Shown: positions 25,850-38,329 of the stretch, in pieces | How the letters are laid out: the number at the start of each line of letters is the position of its first letter | Position numbering within the stretch: the first letter of the stretch is position 1 | NCBI RefSeq assembly: GCF_006345805.1 | Contig: NC_042998.1 | Span: 184,202,001-184,266,000, forward strand | DNA from: Octopus sinensis | Taxonomy: Eukaryota | Length of the DNA: 64,000 nucleotides | Direction: 5' to 3' | Program-made: the position numbers and the translations under genes | Notes under the pieces: generated by a model | What the model saw: only the letters and a program-made list of their open reading frames with translations | What the model was told of the DNA's origin: nothing | Database searches by the model: none

Positions 25850-27862
25850 AGTGAATAGTGTATTTATTTAATAGACATAGAAGCTCCAGCATGGAGTAGG
25901 CTTTCCATTCAGAAATAATTTGATGCAAGTATTTAGTCAATCAAAAATACTACTCTCCCCAATGTTGCTGATACTGACGTTCAAATTGTTGCTATATTAC
26001 CATTTTATACTGCATTATGTCTTTCTATTATCTACAAGAAGAGAATATAGTTCTACCATAAGGGTTAATAGGAAACTCCTTGGAGACTTTTATACCAATA
26101 TCAGGTCTATACTTTAATATCTTAGAAGCTTATACAACTGAAGGATAACTGATACTAAGCAGAGCTGTTAGAGTTCCCAGATGGCTGTAGTATTTATATT
26201 AGCATTGAGGATTCTAAAGCCATCTGAATGTATACATGTGTATATGATAAATTGTTACTCACGACTGACTTCATTAGATGCTGACAATATTGCTATGTCA
26301 CAATCTTATGCAGCTTATCAACCATGACAACGAGTAATAAGATAAAATGATGAATAAAGCTGAGCTTTAAGTATAATCAAAACCAGTGAAAGTATTCAGT
26401 ACAAAAGAATTCAAGGAGTTCAAATGCAAGCATCATTTCCAGAAACAATTATGCATAACTTTAGTAGGGTTTCTAGCCGAGAAAATCGTAAGGCAACTTA
26501 GTCTGAGCTGAAAGCAACTGTAATTCACGTAGCTTTCTCTCTTTTGATGAGGAAACTTCAAGCTTAACCTGACTTATTTTGATCAAAATCTGTTTCTAGA
26601 ATAAAATCAAAACAAGTAGTGTCACATGAGATTTAAGTGAAAAGTTCAAATACTGGAGAAACAAAAGGAAACCAGGAAATAAGTAATTTTTTGTAGGATA
26701 CTCACTCAAACATATTAAAAATATTGGTAGTGAATGAAAGTAAATACATTATTCATTCAAAATCTCAGTGAGTTAATATTCAAATTTTAGAATCAAAGAA
26801 TCAAAGACTTCTTTGCATTCTCAACAAATCAAGAATGCCTCTGTAGATGCCAGTAAACTTCCTATTGTAAAAAAAAAATCAGCTTTGTTTTTTATGAAAA
26901 GAAATAGTAATTATCATTATCAACTACCAAAAAACGGAATAGAGAAAATGGTAGAGTGCCAAGCCAAATGTGTTAAAGTATTTAGTTTCGTTCCATTAAA
27001 TTTAGATCCCACAAACTTCACCTTTGCTGTTTATCATTTCAGGGTTAATATAACAAGTACCTTAAAATTATGTGGCCTTGTTCCAATGCAAGATATCATT
27101 AACATCAGCCATTATTCTGGATTTATTCTGCAATATTGGTAAACTAAATTATTGATGTACTGCAGAGCTAGTACACTTACAATTTGGCATTTGATATAAA
27201 ATTCTGGCATTTTTCTTGTACAACCATGTTGGGTTATTCTAATTTGATATATTGTCACCATGGTAGCATATAATGTGGAAATTTCTGTGTGTGTGTGTGC
27301 ACGTGCGTGTGCATGTGTGTGCATGTGTGTGCATGTGTGTGTGTGTGTGCATGTGTGTGCATGTGTGTGCATGTGTGTGCATGTGTGTGCATGTGTGTGT
27401 GTGTGCTCAACTAAATATGTGTCTGTATGAATCTTGTGGTTTTGGGATTTTAGTGTTTTATATGCTACATACACAATCATTATTGGGGGAGAGAGGTTTT
27501 ATGACTATACATATACATCTTACAGTAAGTAGCATGCCATTATGCATTTTTCATGTAAAAACACAAAACATAAAAGAACAGGCAGAATTACCAAATAGAA
27601 AAAAGAGTAATATATACACACTCAGAACATATCTTGACACACTCAGAATATGTCTTTGAGAAAAAATATAAATGATTTATGGCAAGAAAGTGTTCTACAT
27701 CCTTAAGAATGAGGCCAGTATTAAATTATATCATGCAATATATATACAATACAATATATACAATGTTAACTATTTCGATATACAAAGTGCTCTCATGCCA
27801 TAGCATTATACATCAATATAACACACATACACACACACACACACACATATGTGTGTGTGTAA

Positions 27863-27954
<92 letters not shown>

Positions 27955-27979
27955 TAATATATATATATATCTATATATA

Positions 27980-28010
<31 letters not shown>

Positions 28011-28399
28011 CATACATACATATATATATATATGTATGTATATATATTACAATGCTAACAAAGTAGAGCAATGTACTTTCTAAAGTTAATTCATTTGCAT
28101 TAATTATCTGAGAAATGTTGTGAACATGCATATATTACAATTATTTTGGGTTGTAACTCATGTTCTGTTGAGTTACATTAACTTCTTTTTTTTTTTAGGA
28201 AAAACACATAACGCTGTACTACAATATATTAAATATGCATGAACATAAAAAATTTCTTTTATTCTTTAATGATTGGGTATTAAACACATGGAAATTTAAA
28301 TCTCAAAGTCTAGAGTCTCATACAGATATTCATTAACTTTATGTTATCTGTGCATGCAGATGGTGTTTTCAAACACAGTCAGCCAACACTTCTAGGCAA

Positions 28400-28975
28400 T
28401 ATGGTCAGATACCACAGTCACAAAATATTGTCTGACAATAATACCAGACAGCTATTAAAAAGTAGTCAAGGAGTACTGTTAGTTAACATTGTCAAGTAAT
28501 ACTGTCATATAACACTCTCAAATAACTGTAAGGTACTGCTGTTAGGTACCATAGTAAAGTAACACTCAGATAACACTGCCAGGTAACATTATAAGATAAG
28601 CACTGTTAAGTACTATTGTTAGAACTGTTATCATGCAGCACTGTCAAACAGTGCTTTCAGATAACATTGCTCTATGATCATGCAACACTGTCAAGCAACA
28701 CTGTCAGATAATACTGCCAGATACACTGTCAGATATGACTGTCAGCCAACACTGTCAAGTAACACATTTAGATAAATTATCAAACAACACTGCCAGCCAT
28801 CACTATCAGGAACCACAAACAGATAGCATCATCAGTCAGTACTGTAGCACCACATTGTTGGACATAATTTTTGGGTCACTTGCAAGGCAACTTTGCCAAG
28901 TACCACTAAAGAGCACCTCTATGAGATACCAGTCAGGCACTACAGTTTAGGCAACAGTGTCAGACTACACTATCA
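28400..28975. repeat. Degenerate minisatellite, unit approximately taacactgtca(g/a)
   Basis: Repeated acactgtca/atactg motifs. Confidence 0.7.
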
Positions 28976-29044
28976 ATAAACAAAGTAGAAAAGGTTTCTT
29001 TGTGCACCATCAACTGAACTCACTCCTATTGTATCTCACCTCTT

Positions 29045-29330
29045 TTTTACTCTTTTACTCTTTTACTTGTTTCAGTCATTTGACTGCGGCCATGCTGGAG
29101 CACCGCCTTTTAGTCGAGTAAATCGACCCCAGGACTTATTCTTTGTAAGCCTAGTACTTATTCTATCAGTCTCTTTTGCTGAACCGCTAAGTTACGGGGA
29201 CGTAAACACACCACCGTCGGTTGTCAAGCAATGGTGGGAGGACAAACATATACACACATACATATATATATATATAATATATATATATATATAATATATA
29301 TATATATATTATATATATATATATATAATA

Positions 29331-29361
<31 letters not shown>

Positions 29362-29500
29362 CATATATACGACAGGCTTCTTCCAGTTCCGTCTACCAAA
29401 TCCACTCACAAGGCTTTGGTTGGCCCAAGGCTATAGTAGAAGACACTCACCCAAGGTGCTATGCAGTGGGACTGAACCCAGAACCATGTGGCTGGTAAGC
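29045..29500 (-). mobile_element. SINE family B with expanded internal (TA)n
   Basis: Reverse complement of the family B consensus. Confidence 0.85.
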
Positions 29501-30343
29501 AGAGGCTTCAAACTCTGAAATGTATCTGCTAACACTTTCATCCTTTTCCTGATCTGTGGTCCCACTTAACCATTCAGTTAACTTCCTGTATGCCACAACT
29601 CTGCATGATTGAAGCTCATCTGGAACCACACACTAGCAATTATCCATTCTTCCCTAGATTACAATTGTCTGGAACAACTATCTCTATACATATGTACATC
29701 TCTAATAGTCCACCAGCATCATTTTTTTAAAAATTATACTGTTAGCTGCGCTAACTTCACACATTTATCTCCATCATCCAGTCATAAACTGAAAAGGCAG
29801 GTAAGAAATGGTTATTGTCTGTGCAACTTCTTTTTAAGCTTATCTTCTGTGCTCTCTACCAACAATATTACATACATCAAGTGTTTATTTTCAATTTAAA
29901 GAGAATGTTTCTATCTTTACTAACAGTTAAAGGTCCTTCACTTAAATTTAATAAAGCAATTGAAAAGTTTTATTGCCAGTATTACAATTGGTATTGGTCA
30001 CAATACTGAACAGGTTACCAGGACAACACAACTTTACTATAATCTCAAGTGGGTTATTAAAGCAACCTGTAGTCTTTGGGAATCTAATCAATATCTTGTG
30101 ATAATATATGCATTACATTTGTTTTCTCATTTCATTCATTATTGAAATGATATTTCTCATGACTGAAAACAGACACGTACATCCACCTACTTACACACAG
30201 ATATGCACACACACTTGTACACACACACCACAACACATCACATGAACACAGCACACACATGCATACACATATGCACATTTACAAACACACACACACACAC
30301 TCACATAGAGGCATGTATGCATGATGACAATAATGACATATAT

Positions 30344-30385
<42 letters not shown>

Positions 30386-30507
30386 GTTCAACGTCCGCTT
30401 TCCATGCTAACATGGATTGGACAATTTGACTGAGCACTGGCGAACCAGATGGCTGCACCAGGCTTCAATCTTGATCTGGCAGAGTTTCTACAGCTGGATG
30501 CCCTTCC

Positions 30508-30554
<47 letters not shown>

Positions 30555-30821
30555 ATAAGTCCTGGGGTCGATTTACTCGACTAAAAGGCGGTGCTCCAGC
30601 ATGGCCGCAGTCAAATGACTGAAACAAGTAAAAGAGTAAAAGAGTAAAAAAGAAGTGAGATACAATAGGAGTGAGTTCAGTTGATGGTGCACCAACGCAC
30701 GGTTGCAACGCCAGATGGTTGTACCTCCAACCGTGCTGTTTACTGCTGTGATTTTTGCTACTAAGGTATCGGTTAAACTTTTGATTAATCTACTACAAGA
30801 TTATTCATCTTTCTATTTCAC

Positions 30822-30869
<48 letters not shown>

Positions 30870-31388
30870 ATATACACACACATATATATATATAGCAAAT
30901 AAGTGTGCTGGAAGATGCGACACATAACCAAAGGTTTGAGTTCAGAAAGTTCCACACTCCACTTCTACACCCACCATAATTAGACAAAAATCATCAAACC
31001 ACCAGATAGGCTAGCATGTAGAATAAGAGCCATGTTATAGTAATAATAAACACAGAAAATATTGAATTTTTAACATTTAATAAAACATACATGTGTTTCG
31101 GTAAATTAACTGTCGTTGCTATGCAAGCCAATTAGCAAAATAGTATAACACAATCAAAACACCTCTTCAGTATTCACAGCAAAAAATACAAAGCTTAGAG
31201 GGACGTTTGCCCTAAAATATTCCAGTTGTGCAAATCACACTCAGCATCATTGATATGACAGAATAGGGGTTGACAGAGTTTGAATTTGTAGGATGGCATT
31301 AATAGGGGCGAGACAAAAAGTCAATCTGAAGAAAGCAGTGGTAGCCACACTTTCTTTATACGTATTCAGGCAGACACACACACACACA

Positions 31389-31432
<44 letters not shown>

Positions 31433-31660
31433 ATGCACACACACACACACATACACACACACGCACATACACACTCACACATACACACACACACATACAC
31501 ACACACACAGAGGCACATACGTAATTTGCAACTCCACACATATATACATAGTAGAGGAGAGAGGAAAATAAAATAATCTTGATGCAACCACAACAACAAT
31601 AACAATAATAAATCAATTACAGCAACTACAGTATGAAGTGTCAGTAGCTTATATAAGAAA

Positions 31661-31810
31661 GTGGGTTGGCGTTAGGAAGGGCATCCAGCCGTAGAAACTC
31701 TGCCAGATCAGACTGGAGCCTGGAGCAGCCCCTGGCTTCCCAGACCCCGGTCGAACCATCCAACCCGTGCTAGCGCGGAAAACGGAGGTTAAACGATGAT
31801 GATGATGATG
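31661..31810 (+). mobile_element. SINE family A, young 5'-truncated copy
   Basis: Matches 6945-7112. Confidence 0.85.
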
Positions 31811-32319
31811 AACTGAGACAATAGGTTAATGCCCCTGGCAGGTTTGTGGTAACAATTTAAAAATTTTTCCTCTTAGGCAGACTTTACCTGAGATATTAAA
31901 GTCCATAAATATTTTTGTAATCCCCAGCAGTTGCAGGGATGTACACTGCATGCCCCTGCAAACATCCACTCACATACATCTACCTATGTGCATATATGTG
32001 CATGCATGTGAGCATGCACGCACAGACACACACATGCATACACATACCAAGAGGATGGTTTTCCATACATAATGGTGTACTGGGTCCTTTTTTTTTATTT
32101 ACGCAGTTCCAAGTAAAAGCACCCACCACACTCTGCAGAGTGGTTCGAGATAGGAAAGGTATCCAGCCATAGAAACTATGACAAATCAGACTGGAGTTTG
32201 GTGCAGCTCTGGTCAAACCGTCCACCCCATGCCAGCATGGACAATAGACATTAAATGATGATGATGAATGAAAAGGGCTTTGACTGTTCCATCTAGAATA
32301 CCATAGTTCAACAGCTAGA

Positions 32320-33350
32320 GACTTCAGATTCACTCCTCACCAACAGAAGTTGAATAGTAAGCACATAAAGGGATTCAAGGAACAGCAGAATATTGTTGCT
32401 ACTAAAACAAGACTTCAGAACCATTCATGCAAGCTCTGGATATAGTGTCATATTGGGGCAGCCTCACTCAGTTCTGCTGAATCCTAACTAGAAAGAAGTG
32501 CATTAAAAACATTAAAAATTCATGTGCACACAACACTTTTGAGGGTGTTATATCTAACCATAGAACTGTTTCATACAAAAGCCACATAAGTTACTGGAAG
32601 GACATAGTACGAGTTAGAAATCCTATGAAACCAATCAACTGAGCAAAAGCAACCGATCTATGTAATGAGTTTACTGTTGCAGTACACAAGTTTGTTCCTC
32701 TCTGTAACAGGCTTAAGGACAAGAATTGTAATTAAGAACACAAATTTTTATATGATAACCTAACCTCTGCCAGTAGAGACATAACACTGGAATTGCTTCC
32801 AAAGAAACAAAGAAAGACAACTAACCTTTGCTTCCAATGAGAAAGTAACAGAAACCAGAAAGGATTTGAAGAAAACAACCCACAAATACTAATCTATGTT
32901 CCCCAAGAGTAATGAAAGGAATCTCAGTTCAGCTAAAATTTCACTTGATCAAGCATACAAAGAGGCACTAGAAATACACATTAAATCCAAACCTAAAGAA
33001 TGCAACAACCTCTACAAAGGGCAGCTTTGAGGAAACTTAGTAACAAGAGATCTGCAGAGATTCTGTATATTTTGAGGGAAAGCACTGACTAGTCCCTAAA
33101 TGCTTGGTTTCAGCACTTTAAATTGTTACTTGGTAACACGGGGTTATATAACACCAAATTTGATGACAATCCTTTCTTCAACCACAAAGCAGGAGATAGC
33201 ATGCCAATCCAGATTGGCCCATTTACCACTGAAGGTGCCCTTAAAGTAAACAAGTCAATGGCTTTTTTTAAAGTCTTCAGTTAATCTACTTTCAAAAGAT
33301 GATGATCTTTACTTGCCTCAGAATTACAAAGAAATACGCTCTCACTTTTA
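32320..33350 (+). mobile_element. Decayed LINE fragment (RTE-like, endonuclease-RT linker)
   Basis: A-rich coding-like strand with remnants such as LDQAYKEALE..IKSK and GPFT; heavily disrupted. Confidence 0.45.
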
Positions 33351-33906
33351 GCCTAAAAATTCTGTAACTTTTTGCTATGTAATACCCCTCACAGTGATCC
33401 AATTCTAAGATGGAGCCAAAACAGCTTCTGCAAATGTAGACCAACACATTTACGGCTCCTCGCTTATATAAGAATTGTGTGTGTGTGTGTGTGCATGTGC
33501 AAGAGAGAGAGAGAGAGAGTCGTGGTTGATGCCAGTGTCACAAAACTGACACCTGTGCTAGTGGTATGTAAAAAGCACCCTTCAAACGTTGGGCCTCATG
33601 GAAGCAGTAACAAGTGACCGAGACCTTTGGCAATTTGGCTTACTTGAAAAGACCTGTCAAGCCAAGTGAGATCATAGTTGTGGCTGGTGTCGATGTTATG
33701 TAACTGGCACCATTGCTGGTGACACATGAAAAACACCCAATACACTCTTGGAATGGTTGGCTTTAGGAAGGGCATCAGATAGGAACCTGGTGCAGTTTCC
33801 CAGCTTACAAGTTTTCAGTTAAACCATCCAACCCATGCCAGCATGGAAAATGGACGTTAAAGGGTGATTATGATAATGATGAAATATATATATATATATA
33901 TATATA

Positions 33907-33985
33907 TCGTTATACTAATACATCTGTTTGTTTTGTACACCACCTGTCTTCATCTTTTGTTTTTTTCGTAAACTCTCTCTATATA
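33907..33985 (+). mobile_element. 3' fragment of the Penelope-like repeat also seen at 56500-56715
   Basis: Shared ctaatacatctgtttgttttgtacaccacctgtcttc..cgtaaact. Confidence 0.6.
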
Positions 33986-34531
33986 TATGTATATATATAT
34001 CCACATATACACACACAAATGCACATATGCACTTACACATACACACACACATGTGCATATGCCCTCATACATGCACATACATATGTGTATGTATGCATAA
34101 GTTTGTGAGGTGCTTGACGTTCTGTAATGTAAATGGCCTAACTATTTGCAACACTAACATCAAAAATAAAAATTCTGCCACCCATCTAATTCCCTACCAT
34201 AACCTTTTCACCTCAAGACTGTTTGTCCATGTATGGAAGCTGCTTTGTATCTCCTTGAGATATCTGTTATTAGCATCAGGTTATCAGTGTAGGAAGTAAT
34301 CAAGCACTATCTGAATACCAAGTGAAATTTCTGACCCTCACCACAGGAATACAAACATACACACATACAGACTGACAGACAGACAGACACCCCCCACACA
34401 CACACACACAACACCTCCATACACACACGCAAGAAATCATGCAATGTTCTTCCTTATTTGTATCTGCTTTACATTAAAATTTTCCAATTGTACAAACAGT
34501 ATATAAATTGCTTATTTTCTTTTCTTTTCAG

Positions 34532-34720
34532 GTTGTAGCAGTAATAGCAATTGTGATTAGTTATTATATTCTCTTAGGAACTAAAAAAGTTGTGACTGAA
34601 GCTATAGAATTTATTTTGGACCCTGCCATTGTCCTTTTTATAGTAGCATCAATAACATTTCTTATGGCTGTATTTGGATGCATTGGAACCATTAAAGGGA
34701 ATAGGTATTTACTAAGAGTG
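34532..34720 (+). CDS. Tetraspanin exon 2 (TM1 end, EC1, TM2), 63 codons
   Basis: ttttcttttcag|GTTGTA...AGAGTG|gtaagt; VVAVIAIVISYYILLGTKKVVTEAIEFILDPAIVLFIVASITFLMAVFGCIGTIKGNRYLLRV. Confidence 0.95.
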
Positions 34721-35409
34721 GTAAGTAATTTCACATTATTCTTTTGCTTTAAGGTAGATCTATAATCTGGTTTAGATTGATTGTTGTAATCATTTCTCTT
34801 CATTTCAGTTTATATTTTATTAAATGCAATTTACAGCATTAATCTCATCAGATGCTCATCTCTCAGAAACAAACCCAAGAGTCACACCAGAGATCATTGC
34901 AAGGAAATACTTGCTCCTGTCCTCCAGTAAATATTTTTTTAAAGTACAGTGGAAGACATATACTATGTATCTTCTGATCTCAAGATGAGATGGAGTTATT
35001 TTCAGTTAAGAACCACACAGCTAAGAGTGGGTTGTTCTGTGCTGTATTTTTTCTTTACTTGTTAAATCTAGAGGAAAGAGTTGTATTTAAAGTCTTTGCA
35101 TGTGTTTATATTTTTATATTGTTGAGTAGTACATTACTAAACATGATGTATTAGGTCAGAATATTACTGAGTTTCATGTCAATGATTGCACTTGGCAATA
35201 TTAATGATTCCTCGGACATGCTGGTTGGAAGTGAAGAATATCTAGAAATTTTTTAGGTAGTATCATTAATATCTTAACTGCTTATTTTTTATCTATTTTT
35301 TCTGGTGTTGTCTAAGAATGAAGAAAAGCATTTGTAGCTCCAAGACTAGTGGGAAGCAAGAAGTTATTATTAGAAAAAACTTTCCCAAATATTTACAAAA
35401 GAGTGGATT

Positions 35410-35935
35410 CATCATCATCATCATCATCATCATCATCGTCGTTTAATGTCCGCTTTCCATGCTAGCATGGGTTGGACGGTTTGACTGTGGGCTGGCAAAC
35501 CAGATGGCTGCACCAGGCTCTAGTCTTGATCTGGCAGAGTTTCTACAGCTGGATGCCCTTCCTAACGCCAACCACTCCGAGAGTGTAGTGGGTGCTTTTA
35601 CGTGCCACCGGCATGGGGCCAGTCAGGTGGTACTGGCAACGACCTCGCTCGAACTTTTTTTACACATGCCACCAGCACAGGTGCCAATAAGGCAATGCTA
35701 GTAACGATCTCCTTCAAATGGTGCCTCCTACATGCCACCAGCATGGAAGCCAGTTAGCTGCTCTGGCAACAATCACGCTCAGATGATGGTCTTAGCACCC
35801 TACTAGCACGGGGCACAAGTGCCAGTAAGGCGAAGCTGGCAATGATCACACTCAAATGGTGCCTTTTATGTGCCACTGGCACGGAAGCTGGTTAGCTGCT
35901 CTGTCAATGATCACGCTCGTATGGTGCTCGTGCCC
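35410..35935 (-). mobile_element. SINE family A with expanded internal tandem module
   Basis: (CAT)n tail on the left, conserved core, then several atggtgc..gtgccac modules. Confidence 0.85.
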
Positions 35936-36743
35936 ATCATTGAATTTCACTTTGATTTTGATTTCGATTTCACTTGCCTCAGCAGGTCTTCGTAAGCAGA
36001 GTTTAGTGTCCAAAGAAGGAGAAGGTATGCACAAGTGGGCTGGTTACGCCCCTGGCACAGGCTACATGGTTATGGTCTCATTTGGCTTGCCAGGTCTTCC
36101 AAGCAAGCTTTTGAAGATATTCAAGAGCAGATTACCCATAGCAAGAACAATGCCTCTGACCTACTTCCACACAGTTTCCATCTCCCAAATGTCACTCACA
36201 AAGTATTGGTCAGCCTGAAGCTATGAGAAGACATTTGGCTAAGGTCCCACTCAAAGCTACATACTTCAGAACTGGACTTCTGAACTGGCCCACACATCTA
36301 TACTTGTGTTTTCTGTTGGTGATGTTTCACATGAAATACACTATTTTATCTATTTAACGGTTACACTTAAGCTCTTCATAAATACTCTGTCTTAATTCTT
36401 TAGTCTAAACATTAGAATTCTAGAAAAATCCAAGGATAATAATACCTGTGATACTTGAATTATATTTTGGTGGGTAAAACAGTACAATTAAAATAGCAGC
36501 AACCATTTATAGTATTCAATATGAAATGGGAAATGTTAGGTTTTTTTGTAATAAAATAAGTAATACTGTCACCCAGCAGGTAATAATTTTGTCAGTGAAC
36601 CTATTCCTTTATTTTCTTGTCCTAAACTGGTGTTTATAATATCTAATAAAATTTTATATCATTATGTTTTAATTTGTATGTTATGTTTTAATCTGTGTTA
36701 ATTCACTATAATTTCTCTTGTTTTCTTTTTTGTCTTTTTGCAG

Positions 36744-36932
36744 TTTTACATTATGCTTGGCTTTATGATAATCATAGAGTTAATTTTTGGAGTACTTATT
36801 TGGTTGTTATTCTCTGCTCCTGTGTCCACAGAGAAGTTTATGGATGTTCCCCGACAGCGTCTCACACTAGCTTTGCATAAATACAAAGATGATAGAAAAT
36901 TAAAGGCTTGGATTGATAGTATACAAACTGAG
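36744..36932 (+). CDS. Tetraspanin exon 3 (TM3, EC2 helices A/B), 63 codons
   Basis: tgtctttttgcag|TTTTAC...ACTGAG|gtatgt; FYIMLGFMIIIELIFGVLIWLLFSAPVSTEKFMDVPRQRLTLALHKYKDDRKLKAWIDSIQTE. Confidence 0.95.
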
Positions 36933-37565
36933 GTATGTTTCTTTGAAGCTCTGTCAATGAATGTTATTTTAATTCAAAACACTGTAAAGTGAGGGATGTT
37001 AGCTGCAGGAACCATGCCAAAGAAGACACTGGAGAATGATGCAGCCCTCGGACCCATTAGACCCAGTCAAACTGTCCAACCCTTGCCAGTATTGAACATG
37101 TATGTTAAATGATAATGATGATGCTGATGCTGATTGTTGTTGTTGTTGTTAAGCAACAAGACGGGTAAGGGTGATTAGGTGATGGTCTAGGGCTTAGGGG
37201 CAGGAGACCTCAGACCTTGGAAAAAAAAATTTTGGTCGTCTTGTTGTAGTCGAGGGCTCTTTGTTGATGCCCGACACCACTGGGAGGTGGCCTTCGAAGT
37301 CGCTGGAAATGGAGATCTCCAGGTCCAAATTCTTGAACGGCTGCTGATGGTGATGGTGGTGGCGGTGGTGATCTACAGTATGCTTAAAAGTTAATTCCAC
37401 ATTGGATTCAGGCAAAAAATTATTTGGTTATAAAATTTAACTCTTGCACAAAGTGGTTCCTTAAGGACTTTTTACATGGTTACAAGCAGATCAGGGTAAA
37501 TTTTCTCTATAAATACATTATGAAAACTATCGATCAAAATTAGATAGAAAGAAAATAAATTATTA

Positions 37566-37983
37566 ATAAATCTCTGAACGAGATATAAACAGTAACTGCT
37601 CGACAACGTAAGGTGTACTAGCCATCTGAATGTGGCTAGCCACTGGGGGTGGGGTGTTACTGATGCTTTTAGCCCCAGGCGATCAACGTCACCAGATGGA
37701 CTTTAGACACTATCTCAGTGCCCTTGTGTTATTTGCAAAGGGAGGTCATCCTCCCTTGAAGACCTAAGTACTACATACGGACTATAGTTTCAAGGTAATT
37801 GCCTCTCGTCAACGCATGGTAAGCACCGGTCTTCGATGAAGGAGTCCCCTTGCAAATAATATATAATGTTTTTCACAGCAACCACTGTCACTAATTTAGA
37901 AAAACTGTCTGAAAGCAATAATAAATCTCTGAACGAGATATAAACAGTAACCGCTCGACAACGTAAGGTGTACTAGCCATCTG
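37566..37983 (-). mobile_element. Retrozyme-like or Penelope-associated non-autonomous element: 355-nt period, 68-bp terminal direct repeat, hammerhead ribozyme, ~12-bp TSD
   Basis: 37564-37631 is repeated at 37919-37986 (1 mismatch). aataaattatta occurs at 37554-37565 and 37984-37995. An internal long hairpin spans 37729-37859 and contains a hammerhead core on the minus strand. Confidence 0.75.
37774..37818 (-). ncRNA. Type I hammerhead ribozyme motif (C3->U variant, palindromic stem III)
   Basis: Minus strand: CAUGCG-UUGACGA-GAGG caauua CCUU-GAAA-CUAUAG-UC|CGUAUG. Stem I is CAUGCG/CGUAUG, stem II is GAGG/CCUU, ACUAUAGU is palindromic, and the GUC cleavage site lies between 37780 and 37779. 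The core differs from CUGANGA only at position 3. Confidence 0.8.
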
Positions 37984-38029
37984 AATAAATTATTATTATA
38001 GCAATATTTAATATTATGCACATATTTAA

Positions 38030-38250
38030 GATGGCAAGCTGGCAGAATTGTTATCACATTGGGCAAAATGCTTTGTAGCATTTTGTCTGTCTTAACATTC
38101 TGAGTTCAAATTCTGCCGAGGTTGACTTTACCTTTTATCTTTTCACAGTTGATAAAATAAGTACCAGTTGGACACTGGGCTTGATGTAATTGACTTAACC
38201 TCCCCCCACCAAAAAATTGCTGGCCTTGTGCCAAAGTTTGAAATCAATAT
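38030..38250 (+). mobile_element. SINE family C
   Basis: Matches the 42185 and 61918 copies. Confidence 0.8.
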
Positions 38251-38329
38251 TATATTCATATTAATGGAAATACTTTAAAAGCTGAAAATATTCAACCAAT
38301 GCCACACTTTGATAATTATTCTTTTAACC

